Origin: an uncultured bacterium
Lineage (GTDB): Bacteria; Acidobacteriota; HRBIN11; JAKEFK01
DNA length: 64,000 nt
Direction: 5' to 3'
Assembly (NCBI GenBank): GCA_963777505.1
Contig: CAVZQN010000003.1
Location: 192,001 to 256,000, forward strand
Positions 1-9,890 of this stretch are shown one piece after another (positions within the stretch are counted from its first letter, which is position 1; each line of letters begins with the position of its first letter). Below the pieces are notes generated by a model. It was not told the origin of the DNA. It worked only from the letters and a program-made list of their open reading frames with translations, and did no database searches. The translations under genes were made by a program, and so were the position numbers.

Positions 1-1
1 T

Positions 2-115
2 GCAATATATTTTGCAATTCCAATTTTCATGATCATTGTTGCTTTGCTTGCGAATTACATACCCGCAAGGCGCGCACTAAATGTCGATCCTGTAACCGCA
101 CTGAGATATGAATAA
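2..115 (+). CDS. 3' end of ABC transporter permease (ADOP/MacB-like), partial at window edge
   Basis: Frame 2 reads AIYFAIPIFMIIVALLANYIPARRALNVDPVTALRYE*, the same C-terminal signature (PARRA..DP..ALRYE) as the following permeases. Confidence 0.9.
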   Translation, partial: AIYFAIPIFMIIVALLANYIPARRALNVDPVTALRYE

Positions 116-158
116 GGTGAGAGAAACAAGCACGGACGTCCGAAGCTAAAGCAGAATT

Positions 159-2570
159 ATGGAAAATCTAAAGACCGATCTGAAGTATGCGATTCGCGTT
201 TTGAGAAAAAACAAAGGAATGGCTGCTGCAGTCATTCTGATCATGGCTGTTGGAATTGGAATCAATACTACTATCTTCAGTTTAGTCAATGCGATTTTGT
301 TGCACCCTCTTCCGTATTCCAATCCCGAATCCATCATGTCTGTGACAACTTCATTTCCGCAAAATGAGCAAAGCGGATTTTCACCTGCTGATTTTCTCGA
401 TTTACGCGAACAAAACAAATCATTTCAAGCGATGAGTGCCTTTGGAATCTGGAGCTATGACGTTAAAGGCGCTCATGAACCTGAATCTCTTGCTGCGTGC
501 CGCTCGACGTATGGTTTTTTTGAAGTGCTGGATGTTAAACCTTTTATGGGGCGGACTTTTCTTCGTCAAGAAGAATTATTAGGAAAACATGAAGTAGTAA
601 TCCTAACGCATTCATTTTGGAAGCGTTGGTTTGGAGGGGATCCGTCGATCATCGGCAAATCGATTCCCCTGAACGGAATTCCTTACGAAGTGGTTGGGGT
701 TATGCCAGAGAAATTTGCTGAACCCTCTTTTGTGGAGATATGGACTCCTCTCGTTTTTACTCCTGAGCAAAAACAGCAGCGCGGTGCATCGTATCTATCA
801 GTAATTGCAAAACTGAAACCGGGCGTTACAAAAGTTCAAGCTCAAGCTGATTTTAATAGCATTGGAGCTTCTCTGGCCAAACAATATCCTGAATATAATG
901 CCAATCTAAAAATTAGAGTCATTCCAACTGCGGAAGAACTGACCGGTCCTATCAAACCTACACTTTTGATTTTTTGGGGCGCTGTAATTTTTGTTCTACT
1001 CGTAGCATGTGCCAATCTCGCAAACCTGATGTTAGCTTCAACAGTCTCACGTGAGCGAGAGTTTGCTGTGCGAATTGCGCTGGGAGCATCCCCTGCTCGC
1101 CTTCGACACCAATTGTTGACTGAGACAATTTTAATGGCACTGATCGGAGGATTTCTCGGAATTCTATTTTCACTTTGGGCAATTCCTGCACTTGTAGCTC
1201 TGAGCCCTGAAGACACACCGCGAATCAATCAAGTAACAATGAATGGCACTGTGCTTGTGTTTTCTATTCTTTTATCCGCACTAACCGGAATCATTTTTGG
1301 AATGGCACCTGCTTATAGTGTTTCTAAACACAAGCTCGCGCGCTTCCTTAAAGAAGGAACTTTCGGCAGCGGCACTGGCAGGAATCAAATCCGGTTCCGC
1401 AATTTACTGGTCTCTCTTCAAATAGCAGTCGTACTCGTGTTACTCGTTGGAGCTGGTTTATTAATTCGCAGTTTCGAACAATTGCGTGCGGTAAATCCTG
1501 GTTTTGTTCCAGAGAAACTTTTGAATCTTCAAGTGTTTCTTCCTCAAGCCCGATATCAAGAGCCTGATGCACGGAGGGCCTTTAGTTCATTAATATTGGA
1601 AAAGATTCGTACTCTTCCTGAAATAAAATCCGCTGCAATCGCAAGTCCAGCGCCTTTTGATACTATTCCGCATTTAATTGATACAGGATTTCGCGTGGAC
1701 GGATTACCTCCATTTCGCATCGGTGAAGAACCTTTGGCTTCATACACACGTGTGACTGAAGACTTCTTTAGAGCAATGCAAATTCCAATCCGAAAGGGAC
1801 GTTCCTTCATATCAAGCGATCATCAAAAGGCACCACCAGTTGCTATTGTGAACGAAGCGCTTGAAAAAAGATTTTGGCCGGAAAAAGGAGCGATTGGGCA
1901 GCGCATTATTGTTGGAGTAAGAAAACCGGTTACGGTCGAAATTGTTGGTGTTGTCAGTTCGATTAAGCAGCTCAGCTTAAGTTCCGAAGATCGTTTTCAA
2001 ATCTATGTTCCTTTCAGTCAAAATCCTTCGGGAGCGATTTCAATCATTGTTAGAACTCAAGGAGAGCCAGAAAACATAATCTCATCGCTGAAAGGTCAGC
2101 TATGGGCTGTTGATCCTTCATTGCCTGCGAAATACCTAGCAACTGCTGAGGATCTCGTTTCTCGATCTTTACATCGGCCCCGTTCCAACACTGTTCTGCT
2201 TTCATTGTTTGCAGGAATGGCATTCATTTTAGCAATGATCGGATTATATGGTGTCATTGCTTATTCTGTTTCTCAACGTACGCGCGAGATCGGAGTAAGA
2301 ATCTCACTCGGAGCACAACGTAACGAAATTGTAAAAATGATTTTGAGTCAGGGTATGCGTTTAATCTTAATTGGTATTTCAGTTGGAACTGCCGGCGCTC
2401 TAGCTCTGACACATTTAATTTCAAGCTTGTTGTATAACGTAAGCACTCAGGATCCACTGATTTTTTCTCTAGGCGCTTTGCTAATGATCGCAATATCGCT
2501 GATCGCTTGTTACATTCCTGCACGCCGCGCCATGAAAGTGGATCCAATGATCGCCCTCCGTTATGAGTAA
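159..2570 (+). CDS. ADOP-type duplicated ABC permease (MacB_PCD + FtsX twice)
   Basis: 803 aa; DLKYAIRVL, GIGINTTIFS, ACANLANL, REFAVRIALGA, RTREIGVRISLGA, PARRAMKVDPMIALRYE. Confidence 0.95.
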   Translation: MENLKTDLKYAIRVLRKNKGMAAAVILIMAVGIGINTTIFSLVNAILLHPLPYSNPESIMSVTTSFPQNEQSGFSPADFLDLREQNKSFQAMSAFGIWSYDVKGAHEPESLAACRSTYGFFEVLDVKPFMGRTFLRQEELLGKHEVVILTHSFWKRWFGGDPSIIGKSIPLNGIPYEVVGVMPEKFAEPSFVEIWTPLVFTPEQKQQRGASYLSVIAKLKPGVTKVQAQADFNSIGASLAKQYPEYNANLKIRVIPTAEELTGPIKPTLLIFWGAVIFVLLVACANLANLMLASTVSREREFAVRIALGASPARLRHQLLTETILMALIGGFLGILFSLWAIPALVALSPEDTPRINQVTMNGTVLVFSILLSALTGIIFGMAPAYSVSKHKLARFLKEGTFGSGTGRNQIRFRNLLVSLQIAVVLVLLVGAGLLIRSFEQLRAVNPGFVPEKLLNLQVFLPQARYQEPDARRAFSSLILEKIRTLPEIKSAAIASPAPFDTIPHLIDTGFRVDGLPPFRIGEEPLASYTRVTEDFFRAMQIPIRKGRSFISSDHQKAPPVAIVNEALEKRFWPEKGAIGQRIIVGVRKPVTVEIVGVVSSIKQLSLSSEDRFQIYVPFSQNPSGAISIIVRTQGEPENIISSLKGQLWAVDPSLPAKYLATAEDLVSRSLHRPRSNTVLLSLFAGMAFILAMIGLYGVIAYSVSQRTREIGVRISLGAQRNEIVKMILSQGMRLILIGISVGTAGALALTHLISSLLYNVSTQDPLIFSLGALLMIAISLIACYIPARRAMKVDPMIALRYE

Positions 2571-2591
2571 TCAAGAGGTAGAGGAAGAAAA

Positions 2592-4988
2592 ATGAAATTC
2601 TTAAGACAAGATCTTAGTTATGCATTTCGAATGCTTGGAAGAACTCCAGGATTCTCCATCATTGCGATTTTGACGCTAGCGCTTGGGATTGGTGCAAACA
2701 CAGCAATTTTTAGTGTGATTAATGAATTGATGTTGCGTCCGCTTCCTTACAATCAACCTGAAAAGCTTTTCCGGATCAACAGAACAGGAACTTCGTACGT
2801 TGATCTACAGGACATTGGTGAAAGGAGCAAATCTTACGATCAGCTCGGAGGCTACAGGGAACAATCATTTGATTTAACGTCTGGTCCGGAGCCGGAAAGA
2901 TTTCAAGGCGCACTTGTTACTGGATCTTTGTTTAGTTTGTTTGGAGCAAAACCTGCTCAAGGCCGTTTGATAAATCTTTCGGACGATAAGAAGGGAGCTG
3001 CACGCATCGTTGTTATCAGTCATGAATTTTGGAAAACACGATTAGGCTCACGTCCCGATGCATTAGAGAGCGTGATTCCATTTGGCGGAATTTCCTATGA
3101 AGTTGTGGGTATCCTGGAGCCTGATTTCAAACTTCCGAAATTAGAGGCGCAGATATTTGCTCCGATGAGAGTTGAGTCGCCTGAGGAAGCAGCAGCTCGT
3201 GGTGCGCATTCTTTAGTCGGTCTTATGAGATTAAAATCTGGAGTTTCTCCAGCGAAAGCTCAAACAGAATTTAATTCAATCGCAAAAGAGCTTCAGCGGC
3301 TGGATCCTGAGGAAAATACTGGGCTTGAACTGACATTGATTCCCCTTCAAGCTCATTTGGTAAGAAATGTTCGTCCCGCTTTGTTTTTACTTCTTGGAGC
3401 AGTCGGACTTGTATTGCTGATCGCAGGAGCAAATGTAGGTGGATTGCTTCTGGCACGTTCAGCAGCAAGGAATCGAGAATTTGCGGTTCGAGCCGCTCTG
3501 GGAGCTGGACGAAAAAGAATTATCCGTCAGTTGCTTGTTGAGTATCTAGTTCTTGCACTTGCTGGTGGAATTGTTGGAATTTTCTTATCAATCTGGATCG
3601 CGGATGTAATCCTTCGTTTAAGCCCCGAAACATTTCTGAAAGTAGAACATATCCACATCGATCGAAGCGTATTTCTTTTTACCGCTGCAGTTTCAATTTT
3701 GACCGGCCTGATTTTTGGAATGGTTCCCGCATTACAAGCTTCAAAAGCTGATCCGTTTACGGCTTTGAAAGAAAATCGAATTGCAGGAAGAAAAGGCGCT
3801 CACGCTTTCCGAAATGCATTGGTCGTTATCGAACTCATGCTGGCGATCGTTCTGCTGATTGGAAGCGGGCTTTTGCTTCGTAGCTTTTACAACCTGACGG
3901 CTGTCGAAGTTGGATTTGATTCAAATCATCTCATCACTTTCAATTTAACTCCGGATATGAAGTCGTATGGCGATGTTGAAAAACGAACCATGCTTTTTGA
4001 TCAATTCATTACTCGCGTTCGTGCGATACCAGGAGTGGAATCTGCCGCGCTTACAAGTGAATTGCCTTTTGGTCCTGGCGGAGTCTTCCATAATTTTGTT
4101 ATTGAAGGCCGTCCGGCTGAAGCGGTCGGGACGGAACCGGAAATTTACAATCGTTCGATAACTCCAGAATATTTTCGGACATTAGAAGTTCCAATTAAAG
4201 CAGGTCGTGATTTCAGCGCTCAGGATCATTTAAAAGGATTGCCTGTAGTCATCATCAATGAAAAGATGGCACGCACATATTTTCAAAATGAAAATCCAAT
4301 TGGCAAACGCGTTAAATGGGCACGTGACGATGAAGCTCAGTGGTTAAACATCATCGGAATTGTTGGGGATGTGCATGCTTCGTCATTAGATGAAGGTGAA
4401 GTTCCAGCGCTTTATACACCATTCACTCAAGAAACTCGCTTTTGGAAAACCTGGATGAATGTTGTTGTTCGCTCACAGCTTCAACCTGCATCAATCGCTG
4501 CGACAGTTCGCAAAGAGCTTGCATCTCTGGATCGAACCATTCCTCTGACGGATTTGAAAACAATGGATGATTGGATTTCCCTTTCGATTGCAGATCGCAG
4601 ATTCAATCTGATTTTAATCAGCTCTTTTGCAGGGCTAGCATTATTGCTTTCTTCACTTGGTTTATATGGACTCATTTCCTTCACTGTAAGTGAACGAACA
4701 AGTGAACTTGGAGTGAGGATGGCACTGGGTGCGCAGAAACGGGATATCGTTACGTTAATTGCAGGACAATCAATACGACTCGCAATTTTTGGAGTTGTGC
4801 TCGGTTTAATTCTTTCTTTTGGTGCGACTCGATTAATTCAAAGAATGCTATATGGTGTTGAAACGGCTGATCCAGTTACATTGATTGCAGTTTGTGTTTT
4901 ATTGACAGCCACAGCAATTGCAGCAAGTGTCGGTCCGGCTTTGAGAGCAATCAAGCTCGACCCTTCCACAACTTTGAGGTATGAATAA
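2592..4988 (+). CDS. ADOP-type duplicated ABC permease
   Basis: 798 aa; LALGIGANTAIFS, REFAVRAALGAG, ELGVRMALGA, DPSTTLRYE. Confidence 0.95.
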   Translation: MKFLRQDLSYAFRMLGRTPGFSIIAILTLALGIGANTAIFSVINELMLRPLPYNQPEKLFRINRTGTSYVDLQDIGERSKSYDQLGGYREQSFDLTSGPEPERFQGALVTGSLFSLFGAKPAQGRLINLSDDKKGAARIVVISHEFWKTRLGSRPDALESVIPFGGISYEVVGILEPDFKLPKLEAQIFAPMRVESPEEAAARGAHSLVGLMRLKSGVSPAKAQTEFNSIAKELQRLDPEENTGLELTLIPLQAHLVRNVRPALFLLLGAVGLVLLIAGANVGGLLLARSAARNREFAVRAALGAGRKRIIRQLLVEYLVLALAGGIVGIFLSIWIADVILRLSPETFLKVEHIHIDRSVFLFTAAVSILTGLIFGMVPALQASKADPFTALKENRIAGRKGAHAFRNALVVIELMLAIVLLIGSGLLLRSFYNLTAVEVGFDSNHLITFNLTPDMKSYGDVEKRTMLFDQFITRVRAIPGVESAALTSELPFGPGGVFHNFVIEGRPAEAVGTEPEIYNRSITPEYFRTLEVPIKAGRDFSAQDHLKGLPVVIINEKMARTYFQNENPIGKRVKWARDDEAQWLNIIGIVGDVHASSLDEGEVPALYTPFTQETRFWKTWMNVVVRSQLQPASIAATVRKELASLDRTIPLTDLKTMDDWISLSIADRRFNLILISSFAGLALLLSSLGLYGLISFTVSERTSELGVRMALGAQKRDIVTLIAGQSIRLAIFGVVLGLILSFGATRLIQRMLYGVETADPVTLIAVCVLLTATAIAASVGPALRAIKLDPSTTLRYE

Positions 4989-7420
4989 TGGACCTCCGCA
5001 ACGAAATTAAACAAGCATTTCGTAGTTTGTTCCGAAAGCCGGGTTTCGCATTTCTTGCTGTGTTGATGCTCGGTGTTGGAATCTCCGTGAATGGAACAAT
5101 TTTCAATCTTGCAAATGCAATTCTTTTGCGTCCCTTGCCTGTACATGAACCAGAGACGCTGATGCGTCTATATATGAAGCAAGATGGGCGGTCAGTCCGG
5201 AGGATCTCGTATCCAGATTACAAGGATTTCGATACTGCTTCAGATATTTTTGATGACACACTTGCGACGGTTCTTGTGGCTGTAGGTATTAATTCTGAAG
5301 ATCTCAATCTTCAAACCTTGGGTGAAGCTGTCACACCAAATTATTTTTCAGCTCTTGGAATTCAGGCAGCGCCTGGTCGCAATTTTGGTTCGTCGGAAGA
5401 AATGGTTGGTTCTTCCCGCGCCGCAATTATCAGCCATCGATTATGGAAAAATTCATACGCATCAGATTATCAGATTGTTGGGAAGCAAGTCCGTTTGAAC
5501 GGTGAAGTCTTTACAATAATCGGAGTTGCGCCTGCCTCATTTTTCGGAACATTTGCGGGAACAATCATTGATGTCTGGGTTCCGATAACGCAAGTACAGT
5601 GGGTAGGTCCCAATATTCAAAACGAACGTTCAATGCCCGTAGTTCACATGATAGGACGGTTAACCGAAGGAGTTTCATCCGAAAAAGCGAATGCAGCCGT
5701 TTCATCGATCGCATCGCGCCTCGAACAAACCTATCCAGGTTCCGAATCGAAAAGAACAGGAGCAGAGCTTGTACCTGCGACTTTGCTGCATGGAAGTTTA
5801 AGAAAAGGCGCTTCGATTTTTCTTTCTCTAATGCTTGCGATTTCCGGTCTTGTGTTGTTAACGGCTGTGGCGAATGTAGCAAATCTTGTTTTGATTTCTG
5901 CTGCAGGGAAACGGCGTGAAATTGCAGTAAAATTTGCACTCGGTGCTGGAAGGTTTTCTATCTTTCGTCAATTCTTGATTGAAAATTTAATTCTTACACT
6001 TTTAGCAGGTGTTACTGGCTTTATATTGTCCCTTTGGATTTCCACAATACTTCCATCTTTAAATCCTGTTCCGACTGCCCCCATTGAATTCGATTTAGGT
6101 TTTGATCCACGCGTTTTTGCTTTCTCAATGGGTCTTGCTGTGCTGATGGGTGTTTTGCTCGGTCTGGTGCCGCAGTTGCAAATCAAAACTGCGAATTTGC
6201 TTCCATCTCTGCAGAGCGAACCAGGCAGAGCCACTTCCGGAAAAGAAGCTTCGCGTCTTAGATCGGGATTCGTCATTTCGCAGGTAGCTGCATCGCTGAT
6301 TCTTCTGATCGGGGCTGCACTATTTTTACAAAGCTTGCGGAACGCCCGTTTAATGGATGCTGGTTTCCGTCCGGAACGCGCCATGGCAGTTGATATCGAT
6401 CTAAACACAGCGCGTCTTTCTGACGAAAATGGAAAATTATTTTACAAATCGATAGTAGAAAAAATAAAAGCTCTTCCCAGCGTAGAATCAGTTTCGCTGG
6501 GTGATCTTGCGCCGTTGGATATTGCGACGGCTCGTACAGGAGTTTTAATCGACGGTCAGCAAAGTGCTCCTGGTCAACCGGTTTTCCAACTTTCCAGCAA
6601 CTTCATTAGTGCTGAATATTTCAAAACACTTGGCATTCCTCTGGTCAGTGGGCAGGATTTCGATACTGCTATTGAAAACAGTAGTCGACTTGTAGTGATC
6701 GTCAATGAAACAATGGTCAAAAAGTTTTGGCCTGATCAAAGTCCGATTGGTCAGTCATTTCGATTGGCAGATGGAAATCGGTTATTAACAATTATCGGAG
6801 TCGCGCGCAATGTAAAGTATCGGACGCTTGGAGAAGATCCTGAGCCGCATATATATTTGCCGTTCGCTCAACACTATCAGGATGCGATGAGCATATTTGT
6901 CAGCACTTCCCGTGATCCTGCACGATTGATAGATATCGTTCAGAAAGAAATTCGGAATTTGAATCCTGCTGTTCAGGGATTTTTTGCTCGAACTCTTGAA
7001 CAACATACTTCTTTTACGATGTTGCCTGCGCGTGTTGCTGCTTGGCTTTCTGGAATTTTTGGTTTGATTGCATTCGTGCTTGCTGTACTCGGAATTTATG
7101 GAACTGTCGGATATTCAGTGGCCGTTAGAACACGAGAGATCGGAATTCGTCTTGCATTAGGCGCTCAGCCATCTGAAGTTCTTCGTTGGGTTTTAACAAA
7201 AGGAATGACGCTTGCGATGGTGGGTTTGTTATCCGGTCTTGTTCTTGCGTTTATCGGAACCCGGTTGTTGTCGAAATTCCTTTATGGAATTAGTCCTTCT
7301 GATGCAGTTACCTTTTTGGGTGTGGCTTTAGTTTTAGCTCTTACTGCGATATTAGCTTGCTATTTTCCGGCAAGACGTGCTTTGCATATCGATCCGGCCG
7401 TAGCGTTGAAGTATGAATAA
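4988..7420 (+). CDS. ADOP-type duplicated ABC permease
   Basis: 810 aa; REIAVKFALGA, RTREIGIRLALGA, PARRALHIDPAVALKYE; start overlaps the upstream stop (TAATG). Confidence 0.95.
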   Translation: MDLRNEIKQAFRSLFRKPGFAFLAVLMLGVGISVNGTIFNLANAILLRPLPVHEPETLMRLYMKQDGRSVRRISYPDYKDFDTASDIFDDTLATVLVAVGINSEDLNLQTLGEAVTPNYFSALGIQAAPGRNFGSSEEMVGSSRAAIISHRLWKNSYASDYQIVGKQVRLNGEVFTIIGVAPASFFGTFAGTIIDVWVPITQVQWVGPNIQNERSMPVVHMIGRLTEGVSSEKANAAVSSIASRLEQTYPGSESKRTGAELVPATLLHGSLRKGASIFLSLMLAISGLVLLTAVANVANLVLISAAGKRREIAVKFALGAGRFSIFRQFLIENLILTLLAGVTGFILSLWISTILPSLNPVPTAPIEFDLGFDPRVFAFSMGLAVLMGVLLGLVPQLQIKTANLLPSLQSEPGRATSGKEASRLRSGFVISQVAASLILLIGAALFLQSLRNARLMDAGFRPERAMAVDIDLNTARLSDENGKLFYKSIVEKIKALPSVESVSLGDLAPLDIATARTGVLIDGQQSAPGQPVFQLSSNFISAEYFKTLGIPLVSGQDFDTAIENSSRLVVIVNETMVKKFWPDQSPIGQSFRLADGNRLLTIIGVARNVKYRTLGEDPEPHIYLPFAQHYQDAMSIFVSTSRDPARLIDIVQKEIRNLNPAVQGFFARTLEQHTSFTMLPARVAAWLSGIFGLIAFVLAVLGIYGTVGYSVAVRTREIGIRLALGAQPSEVLRWVLTKGMTLAMVGLLSGLVLAFIGTRLLSKFLYGISPSDAVTFLGVALVLALTAILACYFPARRALHIDPAVALKYE

Positions 7421-7436
7421 ATAATTTCCGTAGAGG

Positions 7437-8105
7437 ATGCAAAGAATGATTGTTTTAAAAGATATTGAAAAATACTACGAAGCGGGTCCAAGTAGAACGT
7501 ACGTTTTGCGAAGGATCAATCTCGAAATTAAAGATGGAGATTTTCTTACTGTCATGGGTCCATCCGGGGCGGGCAAATCAACCCTCCTTTCTATATTAGG
7601 AATGCTTGATGCGTCATGGAACGGTGAGTATTACTTCCTGGATCATCCCGTTCACAAAATGGGAAGAAAAGAACGGGCCGAACTAAATAAAAAATACATT
7701 GGTTTTGTTTTCCAAAGTTATCACCTTTTGGATAATCTGACAGTCTACGAGAACATAGAATTGCCTTTGACCTATCGAAATTTCAAAAGTTCTGAAAGAT
7801 CGTCTATGGTATGCGACATTCTGGATCGTTTCCGGATTGTGGGTAAGAAAGATTTATTTCCGAGCCAGCTTTCAGGCGGCCAACAGCAGCTTGTCGGCGT
7901 TGCGCGTGCAGTGATTGGAAATCCTAAACTATTGTTAGCAGATGAACCCACCGGTAATTTGCACACATCCCAGGGCAAAGAGATTATGGAATTGTTCAAA
8001 AAACTGAATGACGATGGAACGACAATTGTTCAAGTCACTCATTCAGAAAAAAATGCTGAGTATGGCAACCGTATCATCAATCTGCTCGATGGTTGGATCG
8101 TTTAA
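7437..8105 (+). CDS. ABC transporter ATP-binding protein (LolD/MacB-like)
   Basis: Walker A GPSGAGKS, signature LSGGQQQ, Walker [13 protein letters not shown]-loop VTH. Confidence 0.95.
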   Translation: MQRMIVLKDIEKYYEAGPSRTYVLRRINLEIKDGDFLTVMGPSGAGKSTLLSILGMLDASWNGEYYFLDHPVHKMGRKERAELNKKYIGFVFQSYHLLDNLTVYENIELPLTYRNFKSSERSSMVCDILDRFRIVGKKDLFPSQLSGGQQQLVGVARAVIGNPKLLLADEPTGNLHTSQGKEIMELFKKLNDDGTTIVQVTHSEKNAEYGNRIINLLDGWIV

Positions 8106-8129
8106 CCCTGGCCTTTTCCTTGGAGGGAA

Positions 8130-8516
8130 ATGATGAAATTGTGGGGTAAGTATTTGCTTGGAGTCGCTTTGACATTTCTGTGCGTCGTAACCTTTGCAGC
8201 TCCAGCAAGTATTCCGAAAGGAGCTTACACCGTCAAAACATCTGAAGGCGTTTGGGAACTTAATCTTGATGGTAAGGGCAAATACGTTGTAAATCTAAAC
8301 GGAACGGAAAAAGTTGTAGGCGCTTATGAAGCAACTAAAGACGAAATAAAATTCGTTGACCAAAGCGGACCCTTCGCGGAAAAAAGCGACGCTACAAAGT
8401 CAGGAACATATAAATGGAAATATGCTGACAAAAAATTAGAGTTCACAATAATCAACGACAAAGCGGAAGGACGCTCACAAACTCTAACGAGCGGACCGTG
8501 GGAGATGAAGGAATAG
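8130..8516 (+). CDS. small secreted beta-rich hypothetical protein (lipocalin-like)
   Basis: GGAGG RBS, signal peptide ending TFA-A, beta-strand pattern (GAYEAT, GTYKWKY); the fold call is inference. Confidence 0.75.
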   Translation: MMKLWGKYLLGVALTFLCVVTFAAPASIPKGAYTVKTSEGVWELNLDGKGKYVVNLNGTEKVVGAYEATKDEIKFVDQSGPFAEKSDATKSGTYKWKYADKKLEFTIINDKAEGRSQTLTSGPWEMKE

Positions 8517-8534
8517 AAATATTCTTTGAATCAT

Positions 8535-9890
8535 ATGGGAAAAGTTTCAAGAATCTTAATTGCTGATGATCAGCCTGATGTGCGTGAAGCATTGCGGCTT
8601 CTTTTGAAAGGCGAAAAGTATGAAACAGAGGAAGCGCAATCTCCTTCAGCCGTTATCAAAGCAATGGAAGATTCAGAATTCGATGTTGTTTTGATTGACC
8701 TTAACTACAATCGTGACACAACGTCCGGACAGGAAGGTCTCGATCTGATTACACGCATTCAAGCGATCGATCCGACAATCCCGGTTGTAGTTATGACTGC
8801 GTGGGGAACGGTTGGTCTCGCGGTCGATGCGATGAGACGCGGTGCGCGTGATTTCATTCAGAAACCATGGGACAACCCGCGCTTGTTAACAATCATCCGC
8901 ACGCAAATTGAGTTGCGACAGGCTTTACGCCAGGGAAAACGTCTGGAAGCAGAAAATCGATTGTTGCGAGAAGACGTACCAAACATCATTGCTGAATCAT
9001 CCGCAATGAAAGCCGTCATTCAAATGATCAGCCGTATCGGACCTTCCGATGCAAATGTACTGATCACTGGTGAAAATGGATCAGGCAAAAGCATTGTCGC
9101 ACTTTCGCTTCATTCACTTTCCCCTCGCGCATCAAAGCCGATGGTAACCGTCAATGCTGGTGGATTGTCCGAAGGCGTTTTTGAAAGTGAACTTTTTGGG
9201 CATGTGAAAGGAGCGTTTACAGATGCAAAGTCAGATCGTGTCGGCCGTTTTGAGCTTGCAGATGGCGGAACATTGTTCCTGGACGAAATTGCAAACGTTC
9301 CACCCGGACAACAATCGCGATTACTTCGCGTATTAGAAACCGGTGAGTTCGAACCGGTCGGTTCATCTCGCACTCGAAAAGTCGATGTGAGAATTATCTC
9401 TGCTACCAATGCAGACTTAATTACGGAAGTTGAAGCCGGACGCTTCCGGCAAGATCTGTTATTTAGATTAAATACTATTGAAATCAGAATTCCTTCTTTA
9501 CGCGATCGAGCTGAAGACGTTCCAGCGCTCGCTCAACATTTTTTACGGCAGCATGCGCAACGGTATCGAAAAGATATTCGCAGCTTTGATCCTTCCGCAA
9601 TGATGTTGTTAAGACGCCATCCATGGCCAGGAAATATTCGCGAATTGGATCATTCGGTGGAACGCGCAGTTTTGATGGCTCAGGAATCAGTTTTACGTCC
9701 TGAGGATCTTGGTTTGCGGGCCGTTAAAGAAGGGAATTCCCGCCTGGAAGAAATGAGTCTCGAAGAAGTCGAGGCTTTTCTGATTCGAAAAGCTTTAGAA
9801 CGGTATGACGGTAACGTAAGCCGTGCTGCCAAAGCACTTGGATTGAGCCGCAGTGCACTGTATCGTAGACTGCAGCGGCACAATCTATGA
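8535..9890 (+). CDS. sigma-54-dependent response regulator (NtrC family)
   Basis: REC domain (ILIADD), AAA+ GENGSGKS, ESELFGHVKGAFTDA, GGTLFLDEI, WPGNIREL, C-terminal Fis HTH; ATG 8535 preferred over TTG 8526. Confidence 0.95.
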   Translation: MGKVSRILIADDQPDVREALRLLLKGEKYETEEAQSPSAVIKAMEDSEFDVVLIDLNYNRDTTSGQEGLDLITRIQAIDPTIPVVVMTAWGTVGLAVDAMRRGARDFIQKPWDNPRLLTIIRTQIELRQALRQGKRLEAENRLLREDVPNIIAESSAMKAVIQMISRIGPSDANVLITGENGSGKSIVALSLHSLSPRASKPMVTVNAGGLSEGVFESELFGHVKGAFTDAKSDRVGRFELADGGTLFLDEIANVPPGQQSRLLRVLETGEFEPVGSSRTRKVDVRIISATNADLITEVEAGRFRQDLLFRLNTIEIRIPSLRDRAEDVPALAQHFLRQHAQRYRKDIRSFDPSAMMLLRRHPWPGNIRELDHSVERAVLMAQESVLRPEDLGLRAVKEGNSRLEEMSLEEVEAFLIRKALERYDGNVSRAAKALGLSRSALYRRLQRHNL